Shown here: positions 25,101 to 36,289 of the stretch, in pieces
Layout: every line of letters starts with the position of its first letter
Position numbering within the stretch: the stretch's first letter is position 1
From: Octopus sinensis
Taxonomy: Eukaryota
Reading direction: 5' to 3'
Length of the DNA: 49,941 nucleotides
NCBI RefSeq assembly: GCF_006345805.1
Contig: NW_021833923.1
Span: 1 to 49,941, forward strand
Notes under the pieces: generated by a model
Told to the model about the DNA's origin: nothing
The model's database searches: none
What the model saw: the letters and a program-made list of their open reading frames with translations, nothing else
Program-made: the position numbers and the translations under genes

Positions 25101-26790
25101 ATTCACACATCATGCGTCGATACAAACAAGCCTAATTCACACATCATGCGTCCATACAAACAAGCCTGGATCACACATCATGCGTCCATACAAACAAGCC
25201 TCGTTCACACATCATGCGTCCATACAAACAAGCCTAATTCACACATCATGCGTCCATACAAACAAGCCTCGTTCACACATCATGCGTCCATACAAACAAG
25301 CCTAATTCACATATCATGCGTCCATACAAACAAGCCTCGTTCACACATCATGCGTCCATACAAACAATCCTAATTCACACATCATGCGTCCATACACACA
25401 AGCCTCGTTCACACATCATGCGTCCATACAAACAAGCCTAATTCACACATCATGCGTCCATACAAACAAGCCTGGATCACACATCATGCGTCCATATGGA
25501 CAAGCCTCGTTCACACATCATGCGTCCATACAAACAAGCCTGGATCACACATCATGCGTCCATACAAACAAGCCTAATTCACACATCATGCGTCCATACA
25601 ATCAAGCCTAATTCACACATCATGCGTCCATACAAACAAGCCTGGATCACACATCATGCGTCCATACAAACAAGCCTCGTTCACACATCATGCGTCCATA
25701 CAAACAAGCCTAATTCACACATCATGCGTCCATCCAAACAAGCCTCGTTCACACATCATGCGTCCATACAAACAAGCCTCGTTCACACATCAAACGTCAT
25801 ACAAACAAGCCTCGCTCACACATCAAACGTCCATACAAACAAGCCTCGCTCACATATCATGCGTCTATACAAACAAGCCTCGTTCACACATCAAACGTCC
25901 ATACAAACAAGCCTCGCTCACACATCAAACGTCCATACAAACAAGCCTCGCTCACATATCATGCGTTTATACAAACAAGCCTCGTTCACACATCAAACGT
26001 CCATACAAACAAGCCTAATTCACATATCATGCGTCCATACAAACAAGCCTCGTTCACACATCATGCGTCTATACAAACAAGCCTCGTTCACACATCAAAC
26101 GTCCATACAAACAAGCCTCGCTCACATATCATGCGTCTATACAAACAAGCCTCGTTCACACATCAAACGTCCATACAAACAAGCCTCGTTCACACATCAT
26201 GCGTCTATACAAACAAGCCGCGTTCACACATCAAACGTCCATACAAACAAGCCTCGTTTACACATCATGCGTCTATACAAACAAGCCTCGTTCACACATC
26301 ATGCGTCCATACAAACAAGCCTCGTTCACACATCATGCGTCCATACAAACAAGCCTCGTTCACACATCATGCGTCAATACAAACAAGCCTCGTTCACACA
26401 TCATGCGTCCATACAAACAAGCCTCGTTCACACATCATGCGTCCATACAAACAAGCCTTGTTCACGCATCATGCGTCCATACAAAAAAGCCTCGTTCACA
26501 CATCATGCGTCCATACAAACAAGCCTCGTTCACACATCATGCGTCCATACAAACAAGCCTCGTTCACACATCATGCGTCCATACAAACAAGCCTCGATCA
26601 CACATCATGCGTCCATACAAACAAGCCTCGATCACACATCATGCGTCCATACAAACAAGCCTTGTTCACACATCATGCGTCCATACAAACAAGCCTCGAT
26701 CACACATCATGCGTCCATAGAAACAAGCCTCGATCACACATCATGCGTCCATAGAAACAAGCCTCGATCACACATCATGCGTCCATACAC
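13141..26790 (+). repeat. Main 34-bp minisatellite array, ~400 monomers, single orientation
   Basis: Continuous CATCATGCGTCCATACAAACAAGCCT[CGTT/AATT/GGAT/CGAT]CACA; 13650 bp / 34 is about 400 monomers. No unique spacers. Confidence 0.97.
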
Positions 26791-26792
26791 AC

Positions 26793-27266
26793 AACCCTAA
26801 CCCTAACCCTTAACCTAACCCTAACCCTAACCCTAATCTTTAACCCGAACCCTAAAACTTACCCTAACCCTAAACCTAACCCGATCCCTAACCCTAATCC
26901 TAACCATAACCCTAACCCTAAACCTAAACCTAACACTAACCCTAACCCTAGCCATTACCCTTAACCCTAACCCTAACCCTTAAACCTAACCCTAACTCTT
27001 AACCTAACCCTAACCCTTAACCCGATCCCTACCCCTAACCCTAACCCCAACCCTAACCCTTAACCCTTAACCCTAACCCCTAACCCCTAACCCCTAACCC
27101 TAACCCCTTAACCCTTACCCCAACCCTAACCCTAACCCTAACCCAAACCCTAACCCTTAACCCTAACCCTTAACCCTAAACCCCTAACCCTAACCTTAAA
27201 ACCTAGCCCTAAACCTAACCCCTTAACCCTAATCCCAACCCTAACCCTAACCCAAACCCTAACCCC
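26793..27266. repeat. Internal telomeric tract (CCCTAA)n, degenerate, same orientation as the terminal tract
   Basis: About 470 bp of ccctaa and variants starting right after the last 34-mer (...gcgtccatacacac|aaccctaaccc) and ending at ...cctaacccc|tcttattatt. Confidence 0.95.
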
Positions 27267-27745
27267 TCTTATTATTAAATACACACTCACCAGTAAAAAT
27301 TGAAGGAGTGATATTAGTAGAGGCCAGAGCCCATGGAGAACTAGCCCGTAGATTTAGAAAAGCTCTGAAAGAGACCAAACTCAACATTAAAATTGTTGAA
27401 AAGCCAAGGAACTCCGTCAGGTCACAATTATGAAGGACATGCCCGTTTAAGAATACCATATGCACAATTGATAACTGCATGGCATGTAGAATTAGCCCTG
27501 GTATTAACTGTAGAACTCGAAATGTAGTTTGTTTACAATATAAGATGCATAGAAAGTGCTTGTAAGGACATGAACATGATGTACATAGAGGAGACGTCTA
27601 TGAGCATTGCGGAACGGATAAATGAACATTTAAGACAACTTGACGACAGAAAATAGTCTTCTATACTCTACCAACATGCCAAAGACCACCATGGAGATAA
27701 CTTGGATCAACCTGACATCCGCATCTTATCCAAGCACCCAGCCCC
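27267..27745 (+). pseudogene. 5'-truncated Penelope-like element: Cys-rich linker plus GIY-YIG endonuclease remnant
   Basis: Manual translation: VILVEARAHGELARRFRKALKETKLNIKIVEKPRNSVRSQL*RTCPFKNTICTIDNCMACRISPGINCRTRNVV, a 4-bp insertion at 27530, then YNIRCIESACKDMNMMYIEETSMSIAERINEHLRQLDDRK*SSILYQHAKDHH. This fits the PLE pattern NVVY.I.C..C...YIGET.R...R..EH...H...H. Confidence 0.85.
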
Positions 27746-28629
27746 CATCCCTGCTTTTCAATGCTAAACCCGATATAAAACAGTCATCAACACTATAAAT
27801 AAACCTGTTCAATCTCTACTCTCCTCATCACCCCAAATCCCAACCCCTAGTTCAAACTTTGATCCCTTACTTGACTATTCTCTCTTAAAACCCTTCACAA
27901 ATCCTCAAGACTAAACTCTGAAAACCAATCCTAACAGCAAACCCACACCAAAATAAGAAAGACCACTTACCTTTGGCCATTTGGGATCTATAATACAAGG
28001 CATGATATGCAAAAACAAGCAAAATATCAACCAACATTTGAAAGTCAAGTTTTATCTGTGTCGAATCATGATATACACTTGTTTAATAAATACAGTTGTC
28101 CTTACATTTACACAGTACATTGCTTCCACAAGTCATCAAACTAATCATTCTCATGCGAAATCAATTGTTTTTATTTATAAATAGAAACAAATTAATTATT
28201 GAAATTAATATAAGAAATACAATTAACGTGTATGTGTGTCATCATCATTTAACATTCGTTTTTCATGTTGTCATGGGTTGGACTATTTCACACTATCTGA
28301 GATGAATTACTACACGTACATCTAATGTCTGTTTTCACATGGTTTCTATGTCTGAGAAAAGTTTTGGTAACACTGACACTAGTAAAATTAAAAAGTAAAT
28401 TTCAAGGATGAGTGGACTGCTAGTAGTGAGAGAGGTGGCTTCATCCTAACCTGTAGTATGATAGAGAGACAGGCAGAGGTGTGTCGCTGTAGAGAAAGTA
28501 CATGGTTACCCTGCATATATGTATGTATATAGGTAGACATCGATTAGAGCGCTTTCTCATTGCTAATATGTTTACATATGCCTGATGTGTGCTTTAAAAA
28601 TAAAGTGCTTGCAATGGCACTAATTTCTT

Positions 28630-28877
28630 CAGATGATGAAAATCACGGAGAGGATCATAGCCCAACTAATTAGGGAAAGACTTAATCTAGATGAGATGCA
28701 ATTTGGTTTTGTATCAGGAAGAAACACCAGTCATGATATATTTCTGGTAAGAAACCCCAGGAGAAGTACCTAACAAAGTATGAACCTATGTACTTGACTT
28801 TTGTTGGTATCATAATCATTCAGGTAATAACAGATAAATATAAAACAGGCAGACCCTAGCAACTCCTCTATGCTGAT
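28630..28877 (+). mobile_element. RTE-clade LINE RT fragment, 5' part (interrupted by a Gypsy insertion)
   Basis: Translates as MKITERIIAQLIRERLNLDEMQFGFVSGRNT...QEKYL...LTFV and ends LLYAD at 28863-28877. Confidence 0.75.
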
Positions 28878-30758
28878 TACAGGATTACAACTAAACACAT
28901 ATATTACAATTTATTACATTACATTCAATTCGCCATATATTATTCATTTTATTATCCATCATCTTTCCCTTCACATTTCAGGTATACTGAAGACCCTTTA
29001 CTCATTGCTTCAGACTGCGTAAAATATTGGTGAAAGCAAACAGTTGTCAGACTTATTTATGACAAAAAGCGAGTCAGTATGACCAACGTACCCTGTCCTG
29101 CACCTGATTGTGCCATGAGTTGGCCTGTAAACAATCCATGGGAGAGAGTACTGACAAGCCTCATCGATCATCTGCAACAATGACACAGAATGTATGCACC
29201 TGCCACCTACAACAAATACAACCCCCCTCCTCCAACTACACTACCATTCCCAGCCACTGAGGAAATACTACAGCTCCAGCACATTCAACGTCTGCAACCA
29301 TCGGCAATTCTCCAAGATGTCTGACCAACCGATCCGCTTAATGCTAAACCAGTCGCCCACCATACGCCCATACCAGTCCTGGTTCATTGGCAAGAGGAAG
29401 TAAAAGTAGGTCTCGACCGGAATGTTCCACTTGAAGTTATCAAGCCTATTCCCATTGGTACATCTGTCAATTGGTGACAGACAATGGTGGTATGTCCTAA
29501 CAGGTCTGGAAAACCATCTTAAAGGAGCATCGAATGGCGCACAGGCACTTAACACTGCCCTATCAGCTATGAGCTGACATTGTACCTTCTTCCACAATTG
29601 GGGAGAATCACCGCCATTGCATTTCCCCATGACAACTGCCGCGCCAAAGTCGGTATTGAGACAATAAAGGGCCTCGTTACAGACAACACTGACACTCCAG
29701 TGCACAATGCTACAATAAAGAAATACACCTGACTGGGACACACACTTGTCCCCAGCCATGTGCATCTTTGGCAGCCCTATACAATACTTTATTCCCATCC
29801 ATCCCGGCAAGTACAAGCTACATTCCACATGGCATGAAACTATGACTTATTGAAAAGAAGACCTGCGTAAACACAACATGAGTGCTACTGAACGGTTGTC
29901 AAAACACACATGCTCACTTCTTTCGAACTGTCCTAATCCATAGCCAAGTTTGACTCAATCCTACAAATGGGGGGAAAACTGGTGCCATTTAGATGTACGT
30001 CATTTCGATCTGTACATGTTGAGAGTGGATGGATCAGGCTGAGTCACACTGTGCAACAAAATTCCTCTGGAAGTATCTACTGCTTCTTCCCCACACCCCA
30101 CTGCTCATGGTGTCTGGACCACCTGCGTTCCCTACGCCAACACCAGTGATGAGACTACCTTCTCAACCAACTTTAACAGCACCTCATGCAGCTGCAACAC
30201 CAATGCCCACTTCCCAACTCCAAAATTACCATGACCAGAAATGCATCTCACCGCCTACCCACAGAGCCACGCCAACTTACCCCACCTTTACCACAAGTGG
30301 TCATACCCCAACACCCTTTGAAACCCCTGCTTTCCAAAAGTGACCCTTGCCTGATGCAGTTTATCCTCCATCCAGCAATTGTCCTGTTTGTCGCTCTGCC
30401 AGACTTGCAAAGACTGACACAAAAGCCTGATGCACAACTGACACGTTGCTCCTTGATCGTCACACCGTCAATATTGATTAAGGGTCTCTTGCACTAATTA
30501 TTATTTTCGTTAATCATTTAATACATATTATTAGTCTTCTTTGCTTCTCTCAAAGGAATTATGGAGGGCATAGAGGATGACAACTGAACACTCATATATT
30601 ATCATTTATTACATTACATTCAATTACCCATACATTATTCGTTTCATTATCCAAATATTTTCCTTCACGTTTCAGGTATACCGAGGACCTTTTTTTTCAT
30701 TGCTTCAATCAGTGTACATAAAGTGTTTGTGAAAGCAAAGAGTTTTAACACTTATTTA
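28878..30758 (+). mobile_element. Internally deleted Gypsy/Ty3-like LTR retrotransposon with two diverged ~185-bp LTRs
   Basis: Direct repeats at 28878-29059 and 30570-30758 (e.g. ttattacattacattcaatt...tttcaggtata..ga.gacc). Internal pol remnants PVAHHTPIPVLVHWQEEVKVGLDRNVPLEVIKPIPIG (~29350-29460) and FDLYMLRVDGSG*VTL..KFLWKY (~30000-30080). Confidence 0.78.
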
Positions 30759-31300
30759 CTAATGAGCTTCTTCTTATAGCTAAATCACTACCAGAACTAG
30801 AGAACAAATTTTGCGTACGGAAGCAAGGTCTAGAATTGAAAGGTCACAGAATTAACCTACCCAATCCTAACACAAAGTCTTAGTAAGTAGGACAACAGAT
30901 AAATCGTAAAGCCCTTCAGGTACATGGCCATCCTCAATATGAAGGAAACAGGTAGGTAGATGTACTCTGTATAACACATAATAGGTGTAGCAATATCAGA
31001 GGAAGGTAAACTGGGAAAATATTTTTTGCATGTGGAAGGTGCACATGTACAGTAAACACTAAAATGGGCTTCATCAAATACCAGAGGAATACGATAAAGA
31101 TTGTTGAGCAACAAAGTCAGTAGCAGAGGTGGATGAACCCAGAATGTGGCTGCAAGAATAAAAATAGGCTGAGCAAATTCAGAGAGCTCCTTCCTCTGTT
31201 TGGTAACTAAGGGTCTCTCCTTCAGAGTGAAAGCCAGATTTATTATACCTGTGCAGACAACTATGCTACATGGCAGAAGAAGTAGACATAAGAAGGCATT
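30759..31300 (+). mobile_element. RTE-clade LINE RT fragment, 3' continuation
   Basis: Resumes directly after the right LTR with ELLLIAKSLPELENKF...KQGLELKG.RINL and later KARFYYTCADNYATWQ-like / TMLHG remnants. Confidence 0.7.
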
Positions 31301-31469
31301 GGACAAGGTGGTAATGCATGATCTTTGACTGTTGGAACTTATAAAGGCAATGACTAATGACTGACACCTTTCATGACATGCTGTGCCTTAGAAAACAATA
31401 TATTGTAATTAATTTCCCATCAATTAATTTTTTTCACAACCCCTGCCCACAACACTCATGGAGTGCTTG

Positions 31470-31610
31470 ATGTTAAGAAGGGCATCCAGCCATAGAAACA
31501 ATGACAAATCAAGACTGGAGTCTGCTGCAGACCCTCAGCTTACCAGTCCTGATGAAACTGTTCAACCCAAGCCAGCATAGATAATGGACATTAAATGATG
31601 ATGATGATGA
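31470..31610 (+). mobile_element. SINE/LINE 3' tail ending in (GAT)n
   Basis: aagggcatccagccatagaaac...gccagcat...gacattaaatgatgatgatgatga. A similar copy lies at ~44120-44235 and a minus-strand copy at ~28240-28290. Confidence 0.6.
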
Positions 31611-32639
31611 GGACAATTCTTTTTGTAAAACTTTTGCATTTTATGCTGAACATCTAGTTTAAAGTTAATTTTATACATTGAATTTTCATTTCCAGTGAAA
31701 TCAATTTTAATATTTCAAATTCAAAAATATTTAACAAAATATTATGAGAAACTGAAGCAAGTACTACTTCTATATTTGTAAAAACAAAAAGAAACAAATA
31801 GAGGAAAATGAGCAAAATTGTGCAAAAGTGAACTAAGAAACAGAATACTGTGTAAGGCAAGAGACAACTGTATTTTATGAAAGTACCATATTGCATAAAC
31901 ACAAAAAAAGAAACTATTGCAGAGGGAATTAAACTGAAACAGATATTAACATGACACACACAACCCATGCTAGTATGGATAAAATGATTAGATATTTCTG
32001 TCGAGAGAAAATTCAGCAACCAACAATAACCTCAAATTTATCAGATTATTGTAGATGAGCAACAACTCAAGAAAACCTGTCAAATTTCTATGTTCTTACA
32101 ATGAATTAATTGCAAGTATTTAAGTATGTAGACAACATAATTTCATGTTTTATATGCATCAATACATGTGTAAAAATAAGTCTCATATCTACGTTCATTT
32201 TTCCATACTAGCATGAGTTTGAAAAATATAAGATTTAATAGTTGGATAACATTGTCGTAGCTAATGCTAATTTTCTACTAAAGGTTTTCTTTTTTCTTTC
32301 AAAGTGCAGTTCTAACAAATGATACATTTGTACACAAACATGACAAAAGTAAATAGATACCCATTAACACACTGTTTTATGGTTATTATAACTTGAAGAG
32401 GTTTATATTTTTTTTATTAATTGACATTTATATGTTTCAGGTTCTATATGTAACTGTTTAATCATGTCATGTACAAAAGAAGCCTTAAAAATGTCCAATT
32501 TACAAAGAGGCCATATGCTGCGCCTATTTCAAGACTGACTTAGCCTAAAACCACAGAAAACATTGTGATTCCACTTTCTACAGTAAATAGAGTAATTATT
32601 CAATTCACTAAATGGGAAAGTAGTCCATATCACCTTACC

Positions 32640-33440
32640 CAGGTAGACTAAGGCCCTCTGACAGAACACTTTGCTTTCTTAAGAGAAGTGTGTAAGATAA
32701 TCCTCATTGCAAGGCCTCCAATATAGCAGAATAAGTTGATGTCAGTCCCAGAATAGCTGTCAGTTATCTCTGCAAAATTGGCTATTATGGCAGAGCAGCA
32801 AGAAAGAAGACACTGCTTCGACCAGCCAATATCAAATGGAGAAAAGATTGGACAAGTGAGATGGTAGAGAGGTCACTAGCACTTTGGGACACTGTCAAAT
32901 TCTCTGATGAATCCAGATTTGCTGTATTTTCTGACACTGGTCGAATGTGGGTCTGGAGAATCAGTCACCAATATTTTCACGTGAATATATTGCAGCCAAC
33001 AATGAAACATGTGATGGTCTGGAGAGCAGTTTGGAGCAATAGTCAATCAGAAATGGTGGAGTGTGAGGGATACATAAACTCAGATAAATATGTGTCCATA
33101 TTATAGAAAAATCTTCTTCCTATAACCTCCAGGGGTAAAATGATTAAATAACACTATTTATGGAAGATAGGGCTTTCTTGCACAACTAAAAGACCCAGGA
33201 TTGGTTGGAAGAGAATGGCATTAAAAAGCTTCCATAGCTAAGCCAATCACCAGATATGAACCCTACTGAACACCTCTGAGGCATGATGGATGGGATACTT
33301 CCTAAAATGAAAAAAAAGCATCCTTAAAGCCAGATCTTTTGATATTACTGCAAGAAACTTGGCAAGAAAATCATGAAGAGAATATTCATCAGATCAGTAG
33401 CATGCCTGCTAGGGTCCTTGCATTCAAAAATGCAAGGAGC
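32640..33440 (+). pseudogene. Tc1-like DD34E transposase remnant
   Basis: GYYGRAARKKTLL...WDTVKFSDESRF...VWVWR...QPTMKH.VMVW (ORF 32861-33106), followed by W.EENGIK.L...SQSPDMNPTEHL with stops and frameshifts. Confidence 0.85.
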
Positions 33441-33757
33441 CTGTCTACTAAATATTAGATATTCCCATTATAATAATTAATAAATAATTTAAATAAATTT
33501 TAACAATTATAAGGATGTCTATTTAATTCTGTCATGTCTATGTAGTTTTTGAAGCAAAACACAATGGAAACATTAATATTAAGACCTTTTCAAAAATCTC
33601 TCTCAAGCTTTTCATGCACACTAAGATTTTATTGACATTCATTCAAATTCACTCATTCCAACATGAAACAATTTTTTCCATCAAAAACTTTGTGATGTTT
33701 TCACTTTCTCTAATATGATCTAGATCCTCTAAGTGTCTCTAATGACTTTCATGCCTT

Positions 33758-35359
33758 AGTTTGATAAACAGAAATAAATATACGTACCAAACAAATAAAT
33801 ACTGGAGCTGATAACTAAAAACCTTTAACCCTATCAGTGTATTCTTCAGTTGTTTTGTTTCAAATGATATTTATCAATTAATCTTTGTTGTTAACTGTTC
33901 CCGCCTTCCTCATGTGCGTATGTGCGTATACAAAAAGGTACAATTATATATATATAATCAAGAGATTTAAGGAGTAAATGGTTGTGTTTATAATTTGCGC
34001 TCAATACCGTAATTTTGCTACAAAATTCCTTTGATCATATGTCTGTTTGGTTAAATTTTAGTTCACTAGGAAAGAATGTTATGAATTATAATATCCTATC
34101 AATAGTTTATTTCTACAATAGAGAATAATACATAAAAATATAAATATCATATTTGTATAGGATACGAAAATAACGTTGATTTATGTTGAAACAAACGCGC
34201 GTCACTTAAGAAATATCACTCGGGCTAATTTTCTCCATGTCAAAGTAAATAAATCGAAAAGTAATTAACTTACCTTCGTATATTGATTGAAGAAATCAAC
34301 CTTTTTCTCCGTTAATTAAATTTTAAAACGAAAAAACTTTTCCGTTGTATTTTTCCCTCGTTTTTCATTTAAACATGGCGCTTCATTTAAACATGGTAGC
34401 AGTTTCCGACGTCACATTACTTTCGCATTCGTATCAAACGAAATAACTGAATTAAGATCTATTAATAGAGAATAAAATCAACAAAAATATTTAAAACTGT
34501 TTTTTATTAAACTTTATTCAAACTTTATTACTATTCGCTGTGTAATCGGCTAACTATTGCTGTCTTAATACAATTAAGACAGCAATAGTTAGCCGATTAC
34601 ACAGCGAATAGTAATAAAGTTTGAATAAAGTTTAATAAAAAACAGTTTTTAATATTTTTGTTGATTTTATTCTCTATTAATAGATCTTAATTCAGTTATT
34701 TCGTTTGATACGAATGCGAAAGTAATGTGACGTCGGAAACTGCTACCATGTTTAAATGAAGCGCCATGTATAAATGAAAAACGAGGGAAAAATACAACGG
34801 AAAAGTTTTTCGTTTTAAAATTTAATTAACGGAGAAAAAGGTTGATTTCTTCAATCAATATACGAAGGTAAGTTAATTACTTTTCGATTTATTTACTTTG
34901 ACATGGAGAAAATTAGCCCGAGTGATATTTCTTAAGTGACGCGCTGTTTCAACATAAATCAACGTTATTTTCGTATCCTATACAAAATATGATATTTATA
35001 TTTTTATGTATTATTCTCTATTGTAGAAATAAACTATTGATAGGATATTATAATTCATAACATTCTTTCCTAGTGAACTAAAATTTAACCAAACAGACAT
35101 ATGATCAAAGGAATTTTGTAGCAAAATTACGGTATTGAGCGCAAATTATAAACACAACCATTTACTCCTTAAATCTCTTGATTATATATATATAATTGTA
35201 CCTTTTTGTATACGCACATACGCACATGAGGAAGGCGGGAACAGTTAACAACAAGATTAATTGATAAATATCATTTGAAACAAAACAACTGAAGGTTTTT
35301 AGTTATCAGCTCCAGTATTTATTTGTTTGGTACGTATATTTATTTCTGTTTATCAAACT
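33758..35359. repeat. Near-perfect 1.6-kb palindrome, 3-nt loop
   Basis: Centre gctgtcttaat-ACA-attaagacagc (loop 34570-34572). Arms 33758-34569 and 34573-35359 match except for a few substitutions, small indels and one 21-bp indel near 33820-33840. Confidence 0.95.
34715..34873 (+). promoter_or_regulatory. Candidate promoter/non-coding first exon ending in a consensus 5' splice donor (mirrored on minus strand at ~34268-34430)
   Basis: gtgacgtcggaaa (CRE/ETS-like), two ccatgt(t/a)taaatgaa repeats including gcgccatg (YY1-like), then gaag|GTAAGT at 34868-34873. The segment looks CpG-rich relative to its flanks. Motif-level evidence only. Confidence 0.3.
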
Positions 35360-35392
35360 GTTGAGTTAAAGGATATATATATATATATATAT

Positions 35393-35429
<37 letters not shown>

Positions 35430-36289
35430 AAAACCTTTGGAAAATGTTCTCTACTATATCCTAATGCTTACGAAAGCCTTGTGAGTGAATTTAGTAGATG
35501 GAAACTAATGGGAGCCTACACGATTGTTGGCCATTTCTGTTTTTGTATTCTTCCGCCTTTTTCTTTTGGACATACCTACAAAACTGTGCCCACCACCAAC
35601 TTTCTTTCCTCATAGCTTCCAATAAAATCGATATTTGTCATTGAAATTTTCAACAAATATGCTTCAGGCTGTTTGATTGGATTTTGTTATAAAAACTATT
35701 TTTTCCAAGGGTGAGAAGTTTTGGAAAATTCACATGAGTCAGCTTTTCTTCCTCATAACTTACAGAAATATGGGTGTTTTTAATGAAAATTTATACAAAT
35801 ACATTTCAGATGGTGTAGATTGTGCTTAGATCAAATTTTAATGTGAAAAATAAAATTGCTGGGCAAGTACACATACATACTAATATACATCACAATATTT
35901 GTTAGAAATTTCAAGTTTCATTTCAAGTTTCATCTTAACTCACTGAGCCACTGTGATCAGTCCTCCAAGTCTAAAGAGTGGGATCAGATTGTGCAAACTG
36001 ACCCACACTTTAAGATGGATAAATTGTTGCTAAACATTTTTCCTGGAGTGCTAATGATTCTGTCAGCTCACCACCTTAAATGATTCAAATACTAAGAAAG
36101 AAGATGTATTGGAGACATATGCGTAACATTCTTTGTTTATACTCATTACAAAAATCTTGAATATTTTTGTTTTGTCACAGGTAGTGATGTGTAGTGCAAA
36201 TGTAAGCACAATATCTGACATTTGGAGAGAGAAATTGGGATAACATCACTTTGTAGTTGAGAGGTACTATATTTTATTGACCTCGGAAA

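Noticed and set aside
13141-26790. CRISPR-like array (repeat length in the CRISPR range)
   Set aside because: Monomers are directly adjacent with no unique spacers, there are no cas genes, and the context is eukaryotic.
13329-26800. Long His/Ser/Thr-rich ORFs (up to 805 aa) with a 34-aa repeat MRPYKQASFTHHASIQTSLVHTSCVHTNKPRSHI
   Set aside because: Artefact of a 34-bp unit lacking plus-strand stops: three monomers cycle through all frames. ORFs end wherever an AATT variant places TAA in frame, all three frames give the same peptide, and indels are tolerated.
29194-30497. Short ORFs listed in the track (69-186 aa)
   Set aside because: Off-frame or antisense readings of the decayed Gypsy pol region, not independent genes.
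31540-31570. ctgatga followed by aac as a possible hammerhead core
   Set aside because: No stem II and no downstream GAAA/NUH arrangement. It lies inside a common SINE/LINE tail.
33818-33830. TTAA-CCCT resembling a piggyBac end at the palindrome edge
   Set aside because: No matching AGGG-TTAA at the other end, and the motif lies inside the arm rather than at the boundary.
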